Assembly: GCF_001949145.1 (NCBI RefSeq)
Contig: NW_019091358.1
Coordinates: 3,342,535-3,406,534 of the forward strand
DNA: 64,000 bases
Direction: 5' to 3'
Source: Acanthaster planci
Lineage: Eukaryota
The position numbers and the translations under genes are program-made. Below, one piece after another: positions 1-14,442 of this stretch (its first letter is position 1; the number at the start of each line of letters is the position of its first letter). Below the pieces are notes generated by a model, which searched no databases, was not told the origin of the DNA, and saw nothing but the letters and a program-made list of their open reading frames with translations.

Positions 1-2429
1 TCCCAGATGTACATGTACAATTGTACATATAAATGTATAATACAGAAATGATGTCATCTGAAAAAGAGTGCCTGACTAAATGTACGGGGAACTAGAGGGA
101 CTCCTTTACTGATACTGTGTATCAAAAACGCGTTGAAATTACGGAGTAGAAGGGTTCTGTTTGGACATCATTTTTATACCAAATGAAAAACTTTTTTATT
201 CTGCCGACGTGCAGGTTTTCGGCAATACGCATGCTGACCAGAAACTGGAGACTTTTTATTTGGCTTTATTTATGAAGAACTTCACATCAACACTTTTTGC
301 GACTAACCACCATTTGACAGGCCATAGTCAGATTGTGCAAGTATAATTGTGTTTCAGAAACCGTGATCTATCATCCATGTTTGAGAATTGGCAATATCCA
401 CAGAAGAAAAAAAGGAACAAATGAAAGATTGTCATTGAATCTTTCAAAGCACCAGCCAATATGGATTCTACTTGGGTTTTAGCAGGACTCTAATTGATCT
501 TGAATTATTTTATGCTGTTTAATTTGCAAAAGACAAAGCTGAACATTTCACCAATCTTTAATGCCACGTACCGCTACATAATTAAATTCCTAAATCCATA
601 GACTGTTGTAAGATTATGCCATATTTCACCTGTGCATTCTAATATTGTACAATGTCCTTGATGGAGAAGCATTTTACCCATTTAAATGTTAGCACCGGTA
701 ATCTGTGGGAAGGAATGCGAGCAATAATCAATTTCTTTTAATTCTTAAGCAACTTTTCGCCAAATCACTCTGAAAAGTGCTGATAGGAATGTTCATGGGT
801 CATTCTGTGGAAAACGAGGCTGATGTCAGACATGCAACTGCCGTTTGTTTATTCAAATGCACTCTTCTTGATATTAATACGCAACCCCATAAATTTCTTC
901 TTTTGAAAGTGGAATTTCAGCTGTTCGTGGAGAAAGCCTGACAGGATGTTTATTGGGAAAAAAGAAGATAAAAACATGAGAAATTCAACAAATACTGTAC
1001 ACAGTTCGTCAAACTTTGCATAATGCGTGCAGCTCTTGGCACTTGTGTATTCCACATAACTGCAAAATATAAACCAGAACCCCTTCCCCACCCCGCCACT
1101 ATACCACAACAGCCGCAGCATGGCACCAGATACATGTTTGAAATGGTAAACTACTTTTTTTTTCCAGATTTCTAGGAATTCAAAGCACATGTAGACATTT
1201 GCCCAATAAAATTCATATTTTTTACATTATAGGGCCTAGTACCGGTATTTGCTTCTTTGTAATCAGTTGACGTTGGATACTCTAAATCAAAAAAGCTTCT
1301 GGGGCATTTTTTTTTCTCCCTGTAATTTTTTCAAAATTGCAATTTATTTGTGACGCAACCAATCACGACACATAAATACGTCAACCGCGGAAATGAAAAA
1401 AGAAGTCTTAAAAGAGTGCACACGTCCTCCGTGGAACAAATAAGGAAAAGTGTCCATACACGTCATCTGGTTTGGTTAAGTAATGTACACACCAGTATAC
1501 ATGTATGTAACAGTTGGTGTATGAGCACATGTACATATTTACATGTACATACCGGTATGTACATGCAAGTCACATCAGGAAGGCAAAGAAGAAGGCAGGT
1601 TGTCACAGCATTCGAGTACATGTACAAGTACGTTACATATTCTTGTGCACACACCAACTCCACAGCGTAAAACAGAAAGCTTTCTTTAGCTGTTATTAAT
1701 TTGATTACCCATTGACATCTGCTGGGAACATGGCATACATGTACATGTACTGAATATGAAGTGGGGAACAGATGTTTGTAAAATGTTGTGGTGGGACGTC
1801 CAGATTTCCTGGAATGAAAAGTACATGTACTTGTATACAGTTGGGAATGGAGATCATTTGTCCCTTTAGAAATATTTTTCTACATGTACATGTACCTTGA
1901 CATGTTGAACCTGACACAAGTGTTCACAGTTACCTAAATTTCACCCCCTCGAGTACAAGTCAGCATTCACTGCATGTATACATACATCCTTGTGCACACA
2001 GCAACTTCACAGCCTCCAGCATTCAACCATTGGCGGTGTTATTGTACTCTGTAAACTCCAAAGCATGAATCACCTCAACTGGCTTACAATGGTTACATGT
2101 GGTGTGATTGTCTGGCGTCGACAATGGGCTACTTGGGGTTGCTCCACCAAAGCAGAACACACCCATGACGGCTAGCAGTCTAAACACACAACTTGAAATG
2201 ATATTGATACCAATGATAGAACCCTCATGATTTGTGACCATTGGCAACCAGGTTTCATGTACAAATTACAGAACACAAAAAAGAGATTTGAAATTTATGA
2301 ATTAATTTTATGAGTTTAAAAAATTTTAAGTAAAAATGTGTGTTTTAAAGATGACTGTAGAAATCGACATTCTGTACATTTTTTTTAAATGAAACTGCTG
2401 TAACTTGTTTCAATTTCATTTTCCAACAG

Positions 2430-2470
2430 GTAAAAATTTATACAACAATGAGCATGTGGCTATTAAATTG
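2430..2470 (+). CDS. CSNK1G: Casein kinase 1 gamma, internal coding exon (41 bp; GKNLYNNEHVAIKL, kinase subdomain II Lys)
   Basis: Acceptor ttttccaacag, donor gtaagt. Manual translation matches CK1-gamma GKNLYxNExVAIKL. Phase 1 start, phase 0 end. Not in the ORF track. Confidence 0.93.
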
Positions 2471-3712
2471 GTAAGTACTTACATTTAGTTTCAAAACTAA
2501 ATGTTTTTCTTCATTAACATTTGCACAGTTTAAATAACAGTGAAGAAGGAATTGTTGGGAATCAACAACTTCAAACAAACAAACAAAACATTGCTCAATC
2601 CACAGTTGGTCTTGGGACACTTTGTATTTGTTCAACTCCTTCGGGTGTCCTTTTCCTTCGTCCCTTACCAATCTTGTCAAGCGCATAAATTTAAGAAAAG
2701 GGCGAATCAAGACATTAGAGAATGAAATACACTTAGGTCATGGTGTCATCAGAGGTAAAGCTGAAGTTACAAAGAAAGAAAGTGTGCGGGTACACCATGG
2801 GCAAAATCTCCATTGGGGAGAAATGTTGGCTCAGAGAGCAGCCGTTGGTGAGAAAGGTCTTCAAACAGGTTACTCTGTTCGTCTTCAGGAAACCGCTAAA
2901 TAAAGCTGTTGGACCTTACTCTTTCAATGGTTTTTGCCCTTGATATCTGGAGGGACTCGCATGTACCGCTAGTGTTGGGATGGGTTTAGGTTTGGCTGCT
3001 GACGTTGGCGCCAGCTCAGACCGCATTAGGAAAGGACGGCAACAGGACTGTGACCAAGATCAAAACAAAAACATGATGCGACTGGTCCAGACCCGCAGTT
3101 GCCTTGCAAATTGGAAGGGAGGGAAGGAAGAACATATTTAGAAGTACTGTGCATTCTCTGTGGTTTCCTGTGTCGTAATAGTGCACCGTGCTGTCCAAGT
3201 TACCAGAGGGACGGCTGTTTGATACGCCGTTTCCTGTCAATTAAACCCCAAGTGCCATATCAGTGTGTATATATATTTGTAATTTGGGTCTTTTTACCCC
3301 CTGCAACAATTTCTGTGGCCTGCCAATTATGTTTGATGGTGCACATGAACATGATGGGGGGGGAGGAAAATCATGGTTTCCTAAATTATGTTCATAAATG
3401 GTAATTGACATCATTGACATGAACAAACACATCTGCTCTGTGGGAACATATCGAACACCTGTTTTTTCTTGATGGTCTTGTAACATGTATATTTGTAGCT
3501 AGCTACATGTACATGTTTTTGTCAGGAAGTGTTTTGTTGAGGTTTAGATCATGGAATACTTGTAACTTTACACAGAATTTAGAGGCTTTTTGATAAAATT
3601 ACCTCCTGGATCGGCACTTTTGTTACACAGGCATAAAATTTTTTTTGGGGGGGGGAAGCAATATATACTACACTGTTGAGCTAATGCATGCCATGAGAGA
3701 AAAGTTTGTTAA

Positions 3713-3808
3713 CCCTAATACCTCAATGATCTGACAAAACAATTAGTCACTCATAAGTTGATGGACATCTATGAAATGACGTCAGATCCCTCTTTGAATC
3801 AGCAAGGG
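3713..3808. mobile_element. Tiny TTAA|CCCT...AGGG|TTAA piggyBac-like relic
   Basis: TTAA flanks, CCCT/AGGG ends, internal GATCTGAC/GTCAGATC inverted pair. Similar relics at 11925-11984 and ~49884-49950. Confidence 0.5.
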
Positions 3809-6800
3809 TTAAAGCACTGTGTACTTGACTTGATGGCGTGGACAAGATGTCATCAGTTTTGAGCATGGAGCCGTGTATTAAAAAGAGCAAGCTTGTGATT
3901 TTTTTTTCTCACAAGCTCTGACGTCACATGTACCTCTATGCCAAGCTTTTAAAAAAATGACACCAGAGTTTGGTAAAATCCAATGTCAGTACTGTTCTGG
4001 CAGATTTGTACTAATGTGTAAACGAAGTCCACTCCAAAAGTATTCATAACTTTCAACAACGCACGTGGAATCTTTTGTGGAATCATTTTTGTCTTTACAC
4101 ATTTAGTGTTCACTGTTCACACTCTCTCACATCTACCGTAAGTGTGTTCGACTACTGCATTAATTTTGGCTGGTCGTTCAGGACCCTTCCTTGAATGATA
4201 TTCCCCATTTGGATATGCATGGACTGCAAGAGCATCTTTGCAAGGCTTTTCTTCTGTATTTTTCAATTCCCAGTTTTTATTAACAGAAGGTTTATGTGAT
4301 TTGTATCATTTATATGTATAGACCTCTCACATTATTGAGGTACCATTACTGATGGTTAGACGTTGATGTTTGCTTGTATCTGGCAGGTTTCATATTTGGA
4401 ACTGGGATTTTAAACTGGACATTGTGTCTTCTTTCTTATCCCGCCTGAACTTCTGTTGGTAGTAAAAACTCTTCTCATTAGTTCCTAGACTTTAAATAAT
4501 CAATAATCATGGCCATGTTCTGTTCATATTTGTGCACATTTATGAACATACACCATAGAAAGTATTGGTACATGTATATATGATGGCGTATAACTGATGA
4601 TAATTTGATGGTTTCATTTCCAATGCATTTGTAAATGAAATCAAAAACAAATCAATTGAATAAATGACTTGGTGAACTTTGTTTAAGACAAATGTTTAGA
4701 ATGCTGTTTTTAACCTCCATTTGTAGATTAAATCAACAAAAATTATTCAAAATTCCAGTCAGTACGGGGTGTAGGTACCAGTACATACATTTTCCAATTA
4801 CTATCTCAAATCTGAATAGCTTAAACAATAAATACATCTGTGTCAGACTCAAGCTGTAACAACTATGACATATGCACTCACAATAAGATCTGTTATTGAT
4901 TGCCACCACTTGTTTTGTGCTGGTTCATTCGTGCATTGCATTTTGATATTGAAGGTCACAAGCAGGTCAGTTTGAGATATAGAGCCCAGAATTGGGTTCT
5001 TTTCTGGTTGAGGATTTTGTCAATGCAACAATTTCACCATGTTTTAGGGGCGTGCTGATGACACATTTGCATATGTTAGACTCTAGACTTTTTTTTTTTT
5101 AATGTGGGCATTTGCCATTATCCATCACTGATTTAAAATATGGCATTTCCTACAACAGAACAAAATAACGCTATTGAGTCAGAATGAAGTCCATACTTAG
5201 TCCTGTTCCTGAAGCAAATTTCTTTGGTGCTTCAAGGTATGGTAATTAGAGGCTTAATTAATGGGGTACTCCAGACCACAGCCGTGAACTCGGAGACATA
5301 CACTGGTAACAGCCAAAAATGGATCCTCTGGAACAATTTGAACTTTATTTAAGTGATGTGGTTAAGAGGACAAGATCCAGTTTCATGGTACATGTACTAG
5401 TAAACAGGGCACAATAGTTATGCTTACTATTTACAATGTTCTTTATGAGCACTGTATAACATGGTTCTCCATATCGTACACATACCTGAAAACTGGAAAA
5501 GGGATGTTCAGTTTCAATACACCGGTACAGTAAGCCACAACTGTATAACCCTAGGTCTCATCCATTTCAGACCAAATAAGTTTTGCCTGAGCCCAAATCT
5601 CTGTCATAAAGGTTGAATAACCTGGGCCTAGCAGCCAATTTCATACAGAGCTTCCACATACGGTATTTCAAGGAGACTGATAAGCAGTAAGCACAGCAAA
5701 AGCAGGCTTAACACTGAATAAAAGAAGTTGCCTGGATCAGTAATGTAACAACACAAATCTCTAAGCACCTGTAACTATTGGCACCTCCCTGTGATGAAAT
5801 GGGGCTCAAACACCAGCATGATGTTCTGCTATCATAGTAGCCAAAAGTACATGTAGGCTGCCTGTGCTTGTCATTTTAATGCCTGTGTTTAACAGCAGTT
5901 GTGAGCAGCATAATAAAGACAGTATGTATATTCTGAACACATCCCGTTGAGGGTGTATTCCCCCTCATATAAATTGATTTGAGTTTTTAATTTGAATTAG
6001 TCATAAAATGGTAAAGGTCACCCTTGCATTGATCTTTTCCTAAGCAACATTGGAGGAACAAAATGCCTAGAAGGATATCCCACAGTGAGCTCCTGAGGAG
6101 GGTGATTCATTAAAAGGCTTAAATGTGTGTGATAAACTGTAGTGGAGAAGTCAAGGCTCCCTGTTAGAAGAGGATCCAGTGCTGGACATTGTCACCCCCT
6201 GCTGGATGGGATAAAGAAAAGCCTCGACATTCTGATGATAAAGTCAAAGGATTTGAGAATATTGTTTGCTGCAGGGAAGGACTAAAGTATTAAGGAATGA
6301 TTATGGAGTGTGCGATGTGAGACCTCATCAAAATGGATTACTTACCAAGGTCTACATGAACTTGAATGTATGTGGAATAATTGTGATCGAAGCCATCAAA
6401 TGATAAAGGAATAACTCTGGAAGTACATGTGTTGAAAAACATTGGACGTCATTCAGTGAATGCAAGTTTTCCAGTGCAAAACAAAATCACGTAGACCGTT
6501 TTTGGTCAGAGAATTTTCCTTTCGTGTTTTTTTTACATGTAGGTTTTAATTATTTTTAGATAACCTTCTTACACCGTCTGGTTTTCTTTTGTCTTCTGGC
6601 TTGTTTGTGTAAAAACAGTAAAGTAATTCATGCATTTGAAGTTTGATGTGCCGCATTTTAAAAACTGATTTTCTCCCAGCTTGCTTTCTCAGATTTTAAA
6701 TCATGTTGGTGGGAGCTTTTGCTGAAAGGACAGGGTAGGATAGTTTCATAGAGGGTTGCGTCTGAGCTTCAAAATTGTATAGTGCTTTGTGCACCGCGTG

Positions 6801-9800
6801 AAGAGTTTCTGCCCATTGAAACACCTGGCAGTATTGACACACATCTTTGGGGGTACTTTCATGGTATTGTAATCACTTGAATTGACGATTCTCAAAATTG
6901 AAACCAGAAGTTCAGTGTTGAATGTGTACTGGTGCATACACGTACAGTGCATGTACTGGTACATATAGGTTATTATAGAATTGTGAGGCTAATTTTTAGG
7001 TAAGGCTAAAGCTGTACAGTACATTCCATTTTTTGTATATCAGTTTTGTATGTATTAATTTTGTTTATTTACGTATACTTGTGTTTTTTTTTTGTTTTGT
7101 TCCCCTGGTTATATAGTTGTCCTTCCCTTATGATATCTCATTTCCCTTCCTCTGAATCAATGTTGCCCCACTCAATTTCTCTTTCAGTGGTGGAATTTTC
7201 ACATTCAATTTATTTGGCCGTGCTTCCTTGTTTATTTGACAAATTGTGAATGTTTTGGGAGGCGGGTGATGAATGGATGGTGGGGGCAGCACTGTTTATT
7301 GCAGTGTCTCCTGAAGCTAAGGCCAATCAGGGCATTTAATAGTCACACACAGGCCTATCCCCAACATCAATCACCTGAATTAAGAGGGACATTATTCAAC
7401 GCTGCAATTATGAACCCCAAACAGTGGTATTAACTAGCCCAGTTTACGACTTTTAACAGGTCATTTTTTTTTTCACCCCCCTTTCTGGTGGGAGAGATTC
7501 CGGGTATTGGATTGCCCCCCTCAGGATGAATTAATGTTAACCAACGAGAGACCAATGTAAATCCGTAATCAACAGGAGTGCGCATTCAGTCAGGAGAAAG
7601 TAGGCAAATTTATGTGCGCAGCTTGTCACGACTTCTCCCATTTTGTGGGCACATGTATTCGTTTACGCTACAGCTCCGGTACCAGGAATTTGGCTCACAG
7701 CAACAATTAAGTGAATTGCTCCGCTGCCCAGGGGAAATTTATCTTATCGCATTCATGGTAATGTGTGCATGTACAGCAGACATGATTTTTTCCCGCTCTT
7801 GTAAAAAGAGCATCCAGGTTTCAGTACAGTGGACAGAATCAATAGAAAAAACATATGAATACCGGTACATGCAATATGTGTAGATGGAAAAATATGACAC
7901 ACTCTTCGTCCCTGGATAGTGTACATGCAAAGCCAATGTCTGCTTTGCATTTCATTCCTTGTGTCCATTTGCAAACCCTAATATTACCTCCTTTCATTGC
8001 CAGTTATATTGCAGAGGTCACCTGATCTTGACAGTATGTTAACATACGTGCACATGTACAACAGCTTTGTACGTGTACGTGTGTTGGTAGCTGCACTTGT
8101 ACAGTGTAGGTTGAACACGGCTTTGTTCAGCAAGCACATCGGAATAAGAATGTGATTTTTGTGGTTTGTAACGGATTGTCCATCACAAATAAAATATACC
8201 TCAAGTCGGAACAACTTTTTCTCAACACGCACAATTCCTTTTTGTGGATTTTTTTTTCCAAATAACTGCTACTACATGTACATGTATCTTTCACCCTCTA
8301 TAACTCTTTGCCCTTCAAATAATACATTCAAATACATGTACATAACAAAACTGAAAGTATTCCTACTAAATTCACAAGTTACATGTACTTACTTCACAAG
8401 CTGGTTCATATCTGTTATTTATTGGTTTTCCTACCTAGATATTTAACTACATTGTGTTGGTATTGTTTCTAAGTTTTTATTATCAGTTTCGTTTACTTTG
8501 TTGGACTGTTATATTTAATTGTTATTGTTTCTGATTTTTTTTTAAATCTGTGTCTTGTTTTGTCCCGTATCGTTGGTCACTCACCGCCAGCTCTGGCTTT
8601 TAAGATGATGTCTTCACATTGTGGAATTAAATGTTACTAAACTGAAATGAATTTGAAACCTTGCCGGCTGTGCTAGTTCCGGTAAGTTTAAAAATGAAGG
8701 TGGAGTTAACAAAAGTGAGCCACGGTATTGTGCACATGTGAGAAATGGGGGGGGGGCTGTACGGGTAGCTCCCAATCTCACTTTTGTTCATAGAGACACA
8801 GTGAACCACAGACTTTGTACTGCATATATGTAGTCCAGCTTTGTGTTCACAAAGCATTTTCAGCGAGACCATTTGCCTCACTGGCATCTGCCACTTGATT
8901 GCCTTGCCTGAACACTAAAACCACCTTACATTTAAACATTGGTATAGATCCTTCCTCCATGAGTTCAATGGTAATGTTGTGGAGCATCCTGCACATGGCA
9001 ATGGACATTGGTGAAGAATTTAAGTTACAGTTGAAATACTTGTACCAGTAGTTTGGAGGGTATATGAAAGCCAGTATGTGAGATAGGCCTACATATACCA
9101 TTTTACAGACCTGTGTACACACACAGACATGTACAGTACATGTTCATGTACATGGCAGAACAGGCATGAGACCATGCATGTACATGTAGGTATCACCTCA
9201 AACAAAAGGGTACAATGTACATTGGGTATTCATGTAATTGGCCTCCAGCCTTTTGCTACCATTGACAGAAGGATTTCCTGGTCCACATCCAAGGCTTTTC
9301 TTCCTTGTTTTGTTCCACTGCCAGCCCACCTTGAGCAACTGTGGGTGAGCCCTCTCCCCCAGGGCTCCAGACAACCCAAACATGGCCAGACAAAGGAGTT
9401 TCCCTGATTGAGATATATTGTATTCATATCTGTGGTTAGGTTGCCCGCTTGCACTGCATGTTGGGGCTGTGGTTTTGTGAGTGTAAGTGGCTGGGCAGGT
9501 AAATATTCATTAGCCTGTGGTTTTGTCCAAAGAGCCACAGTGTGTTAAAGGGGAATGAAAAATGTCAGGCCAAAATTGGATGCATTATATAATAATCAAA
9601 GCATCATCGATCAGAGGTGCAGTGATGTCACCATATGATACCCCCATACATGTATACATCATGATAGTATTTAGATCCAAATACATGTATGGACAGTACT
9701 ACTGTACGTGTATGTACAGTACATGTACATGCCATGCGCTAATCACCATGAAACACTTTACACATGACCGTACACATGAGCACATGTACTTTATGTAGTC

Positions 9801-11988
9801 TTTGTATTTATATTATCCATAGATTTGCAACATGATGTACACATGTATGTGTAGCAGTACATGTACAATGTACCTGTGTACATATACATGTATGCATGAT
9901 TTTATCATGAGATTTTATCTTTCTGATGTTACACAACTCTGTGACTGCCTCATTTAGACTTTCGGTTACTTTCTGAGCATTCTTTTCGTCTACAGGATCA
10001 GACGCTCACATTCTGGCTGTTTCTTGAGAATTTGTAAGAAAAGGCTTTTAACTGAAGTTGCGGCTGAAATGGAAGGGGGGAGGACTCCTCACCACCAGGG
10101 TTAATTAGAAATTCAGTCAGGTGTTAACTGTTCCACCTTGCAGTTTGCACCACTTCTTGGAAACTCCTTGAGATTCCTACATGTACCTGAGAGGGGGATT
10201 TGTGCTAGTTTTGTACACAGAAGTTGATGTGTTTGATTGTCTCCAAGGGAGGCAAGGCAGTCTGGCAGTCTGGTCTCCATAATAGAAATCCCCCCATTCA
10301 GCTCCTGGATGGGTGCTTTCAGCGCTTGTATGGCCAGTGCTCTTATTATTGATCGGGGGTTCTTAATAAGTGGAATTAGGATTGTATTTCAAGAAGGTCT
10401 CCCCCCCATTGACAGGCAAAGATTGCTTGACAGTCTTTTATTGCGCCAATTAATTTGTTGCGCCAACTGCCTTGTATCTTTCACTTCAGTTATGAAAATG
10501 TTGAGAGTGCTCTTGATCATTTCTTTACTTGGAATAAATTGCTTACATTATATTGGGAGCAAGTTGAAAGCAAGTAATGATGTTGCAAAGGGGGGGGGAA
10601 TGGAAACCTAACATCCAGTTTTACGTGGGTGGGTAGAACGCTTCACACATGTACGGTACAGGTGCCTGCATGTAAAATCTGCCGTTAAGGAGCCCCTCAA
10701 GTGTCAGAAGTGGGTGCGTTATTAATCAGTACTTATAACTGACCAACAAATGCAAGTCGGCCCAATGTGGTCGTGCACCAGAATGAGTCCGTACTGGTAT
10801 GGTCATACGAATGCAAAAATGTGTTTTGGAAAAGGAAATCTGACTGCACTGGTACCTGTGAGTATCTTGTGTATGGGCACCTGTGCTTCTCTTTGTACTA
10901 AACTGTCCCATTGATTTTCTTGAGGTCACTCATATTAATGGGTCTTAATCCTAGTTCAGCTCTCGAATGAAGCAGTGTACATGTACATGGGCACGAGTAC
11001 TTTAACATTAACTCAGTGTATGCACTATGCTGCGACAGGCGTGCTGAAGCACCGTACGGTATATGTTCATCACCACACAAGATTGCCACTTGAAAGACCA
11101 CACCCACTTAAATGTTGGAAATTTCAATCCATTATGACATGTGCATGCACTGTTCCTACCAACATGTACATGTACCTGCAATTACATGACGAGTGTGCTT
11201 TATGGTTTTGTGATGAAAAAAAAGAATAGCCAGAAACGATGCATTAGGGTGACCTGTTTCCCCTCGGCCTGAAAGCCAACCAAACTAAATCTTTTTTAGA
11301 ACAAAGTTAGAAAGCTACTTGTGCGAGGAGTTGGCACGACCGAATTACAAATGATGGCCACAGCATACTGAGATACTGTATATTGCCTCTTTAAAAAAAT
11401 CAGCCCAAGGTAATGTATGATGCATCACATCACTGAGATGTGATGCATCCAAGAGTCATCATCATGGCAATAATGCCTAGACCCACAGGGACTGGCCGCA
11501 AATAGCGAAGATCTTTTTTTTTCTCTCTCTCTCCTTTTCTTTCCTTTTAACTCGGAGCTTGTTATTGTTGCTATCAGCAGAGGGCGGGATATCTGTTCAT
11601 TCTGTTCAGAATTAAATTTTTGTAGTACAGTTAATTCAAATCACTAGTATCAATTAGGAAATAAAGATGTACATTGCACTTGGCTGGTCGTCATTTAAAA
11701 AGCACCACTAAGGAAAACATGTTTTCTCTGATTTTATTTATTCAAATGAATATGGAAGCATCCAAATCGAACGCAGTGTCATTTGTCTTCAGAGCTCAAT
11801 TATAACGAGCTAGAAAGGGCTTTTTTCCTGTTCATGCTAAGATGCAAATTCTGAATGTACATGTAGATTGCATCATTCAGAGAAAATGGGGGGGTACCCT
11901 TGCCGTGTGTTCGTAGTGGATAAACCCTAGTGCATGCCAAACAATGGCTACATGCATTGTTTGGTGTGCACAAGCATTAAAGGGTTAA

Positions 11989-12874
11989 AGGTTCTCAGCT
12001 ATTTAATGTAAAAAATCATAATGGTCATTACAAACATGGTTGAGATAAGAAAGAGGAGTCAAATTAGTGGTAATATTAGCCATTGAAAATACAGAATTTC
12101 TGATAGAGTGCCCTGCCCCCCCAAAATCCCCTCACACTGAATGCGCTGATGTTGATATCATGACATTACGTAAAGAACAACCTTACCACGCGTCTCCATG
12201 CAACACCTACAACGTTCGCCTTTCTTCGTATCGTGTAGACTTCAGTCAGCAATGGCAGATTCTGAAGTTTTGGAGAGCGATTTTGAAGCCAATTTTTCAG
12301 AGGAAGAGTTTAACAGCTCTGCTTGGGACTGCTGTATTTTTCAGCCCAGGTGATTTCCAAACTCTTCGTGGAGCATTTTCTTGAAGTCATCGACTGTAAA
12401 ATGGTCGCTGCAGATGACACTCGTCGAGGACGGCCCATCCCAGTTTGCCCTGGTCAAGTGCACTTTTGCTGTCCAGGTTTTCCGTAATGCCGGGTCTTTT
12501 GGGAACCTGTGCAGGCGTACACCGTCCTTTGGTGTATTGCTGCATCCTACAACGACACATCTAGTCAGCATTATCGCTTGCTGTGGCCAAATTTCAAGGC
12601 ACGATACCTCGGCAATACTTCAGTCAGTCCACGCGTAACGCCAGGCCAGTGGCCCCTACCTTGAACATCGGGTTATTTACGTGATGTCATTGCATCACAC
12701 GTTGCATTACATTACTCAGAGTTTTCAATGGGGAAAGTGGGGGACATGAAAAATACAAAAAAAATTGCCAAATCCGTCGAACCGATGGAAATGAACAAAA
12801 AATGGACACAGTTCTTGTTTTGTATTGAATACAGATTTATTAACCACAACAATGGTCTTGACTAGCAGAGAACT
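11989..12874 (-). mobile_element. Non-autonomous TTAA-flanked DNA transposon carrying a THAP zinc-finger fragment (Kolobok-like)
   Basis: TTAA at 11985-11988 and 12875-12878. Imperfect TIRs AGGTTCTCAGCTA vs revcomp AGTTCTCTGCTA. Subterminal inverted motif ATGACATYACGTAAA (~12160 and ~12675). Internal THAP ORF, no DDE domain. Confidence 0.75.
12300..12571 (-). pseudogene. Frameshifted THAP DNA-binding domain, transposon-derived
   Basis: MLTRCVVVGCSN...LHRFPKD...W...ICSDHF is the C2CH THAP consensus. The closing AVP motif (LKNTAVPS) lies in a different frame after ~12355. Confidence 0.82.
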
Positions 12875-12878
12875 TTAA

Positions 12879-13277
12879 AGAACGTGATGTGCAAAGTGAA
12901 ACGAACTCTTATACAATGGTCGGCCGACCGTCGTAAAAAAAAGAGAACAACACTTTCGGTTTTCTCGAAAACTACAGCTTTCTGGGCGGAAATATTTGAC
13001 AAACTGATTGAGGCTGTCATTTACTTTCTTTCAAGTAAGATATTTGAGAATTATACAGCAGTCCAATTTAGGGGATTTTACCAATGGTGTACCAGCCAAG
13101 AACATATTTATTCCTTTAGTACAAACTATACTCATTGTACATATGTGTGCATGTGTAAATGGTATTGAATCATCGAATGTGAATCACTGTGTATTTTGAT
13201 CACTGTTAAATATTTCAGACTATGACAGAACTTGCTGTTTCCATTAGTCAAAATAAATAATGTTTCACCGTTCTCTT
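12879..13277. mobile_element. Possible second degraded TTAA-type MITE abutting the THAP element
   Basis: Begins ttaa|AGAACGTGA. Sequence near 13264-13277 (tcaccgttctcttt) is an imperfect inverted copy. Right TSD not clean. Confidence 0.3.
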
Positions 13278-13525
13278 TTTGAAATGGGAGATCTGCATGC
13301 TGATGTGAAGAGAGTGATGACTACTAAGTTATACCACATGTAGTATGAATCACTAAACCAAAGCCCAATGTATAAATTCATCAGAGAGAACTTAATGCTG
13401 GGTTGAAGTTATTTCCGTATTTTGGAAATGAAGAGATACACGTAAATTTGATTAGGAATTGATGTTTCTGAACGAACCATGTTGACCCCCCCTTTCTCAG
13501 TTTTCTCCTTTTCGTTTTGTAACAG

Positions 13526-13595
13526 GAACCAATGAAATCAAGAGCACCTCAGCTCCATCTAGAGTACAGATTTTACAAGATGCTGGGCCAAGCAG
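13526..13595 (+). CDS. CSNK1G: Casein kinase 1 gamma, internal coding exon (70 bp; EPMKSRAPQLHLEYRFYKMLGQA)
   Basis: Polypyrimidine tract + aacag acceptor, gttagt donor. CK1-gamma signature KSRAPQLHLEYRFYK. Phase 0 to 1, in frame with both neighbours. Confidence 0.95.
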
Positions 13596-13734
13596 GTTAG
13601 TGTGTTTTATGGAAATTTTGTTGATATTGCCTCCAAGAAAGCTCATCATTTTTCCTTTCCAAAGGCCTTCGAGGAAAATTCCACCGCCTCTGCATTTGGG
13701 AGACATGTCTGCCACAAGTTGAATAGACTGATTA

Positions 13735-14442
13735 CCGTAATTTTGGAATGTAAGCCACCCAATGTATAAGCCACAGCACACAAAAATCTGCAAATTAAGA
13801 TTTAAAGTCGGTGCATAAGCCATACCGCAGCACTGACGATCCGACCACGAAGGACACCACCGTACAGCATGTACAGTACGTCAATGTCTCCACTACAGGT
13901 GCAACCCTAATAAAAGATCTGCCACACAAAGGTACACCATTGAAGCAGTTGATTTATATTTAACGGTAGAAAGAAATCTTTAGGTTACAACAATAAAAAA
14001 AAATCGTAGTAAAATGATGCAATAAATGTCTGCAGTAACTACATGTGGGCCGTGAGATCCAATGAAAAGTGGGAAAATAATCACCAAAAAATGTGTCACA
14101 GCAAAGCAAGTAAAGTTTAAGATCACGTACATGTTCATGAATGTATTTCATGACTCCATGACTTTGGCAATTCTGTTGGTACGTGTAACTTGAAATTCGG
14201 ACAGCTTGAATTTTAATTTATTCTCTAAGGTTTTAGTTTTCAGATGTAAACAGCAACAAATGAAAACACGACTGCGTCACCTGCACGTGGTACGCGTAGC
14301 CCGGTCGTGGCTTTGGTGACCATGGTGTGACTGATTTTATCCTTCAAAGTTTGCCGTATAAGCTGCCCAGCGTATAAGCCTCAGAGACATTTTTCTGCAT
14401 GAGAATTGACATATAAGCCACGGCTCATATTCCAAAAATAAT
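13735..14442. mobile_element. pogo/Tc1-mariner-like MITE, degraded right end
   Basis: TA|CCGTAATTTTGGAATGTAAGCC left end, inverted copy GGCTCATATTCCAAAAATA at ~14422-14440, repeated TATAAGCC subterminal boxes at both ends. Confidence 0.6.

Noticed and set aside
2540..3240. Higher-complexity stretch with several overlapping short ORFs (YLFNSFG resembles a Polinton protease motif)
   Set aside because: No other catalytic motifs and no consistent frame.
4270..5600. Possible nested antisense gene (minus-strand exon-like pieces at ~4390-4484, ~5198-5327, ~5488-5600)
   Set aside because: Weak acceptors, stops in all frames of the middle piece and no recognisable protein. A lncRNA cannot be excluded without RNA data.
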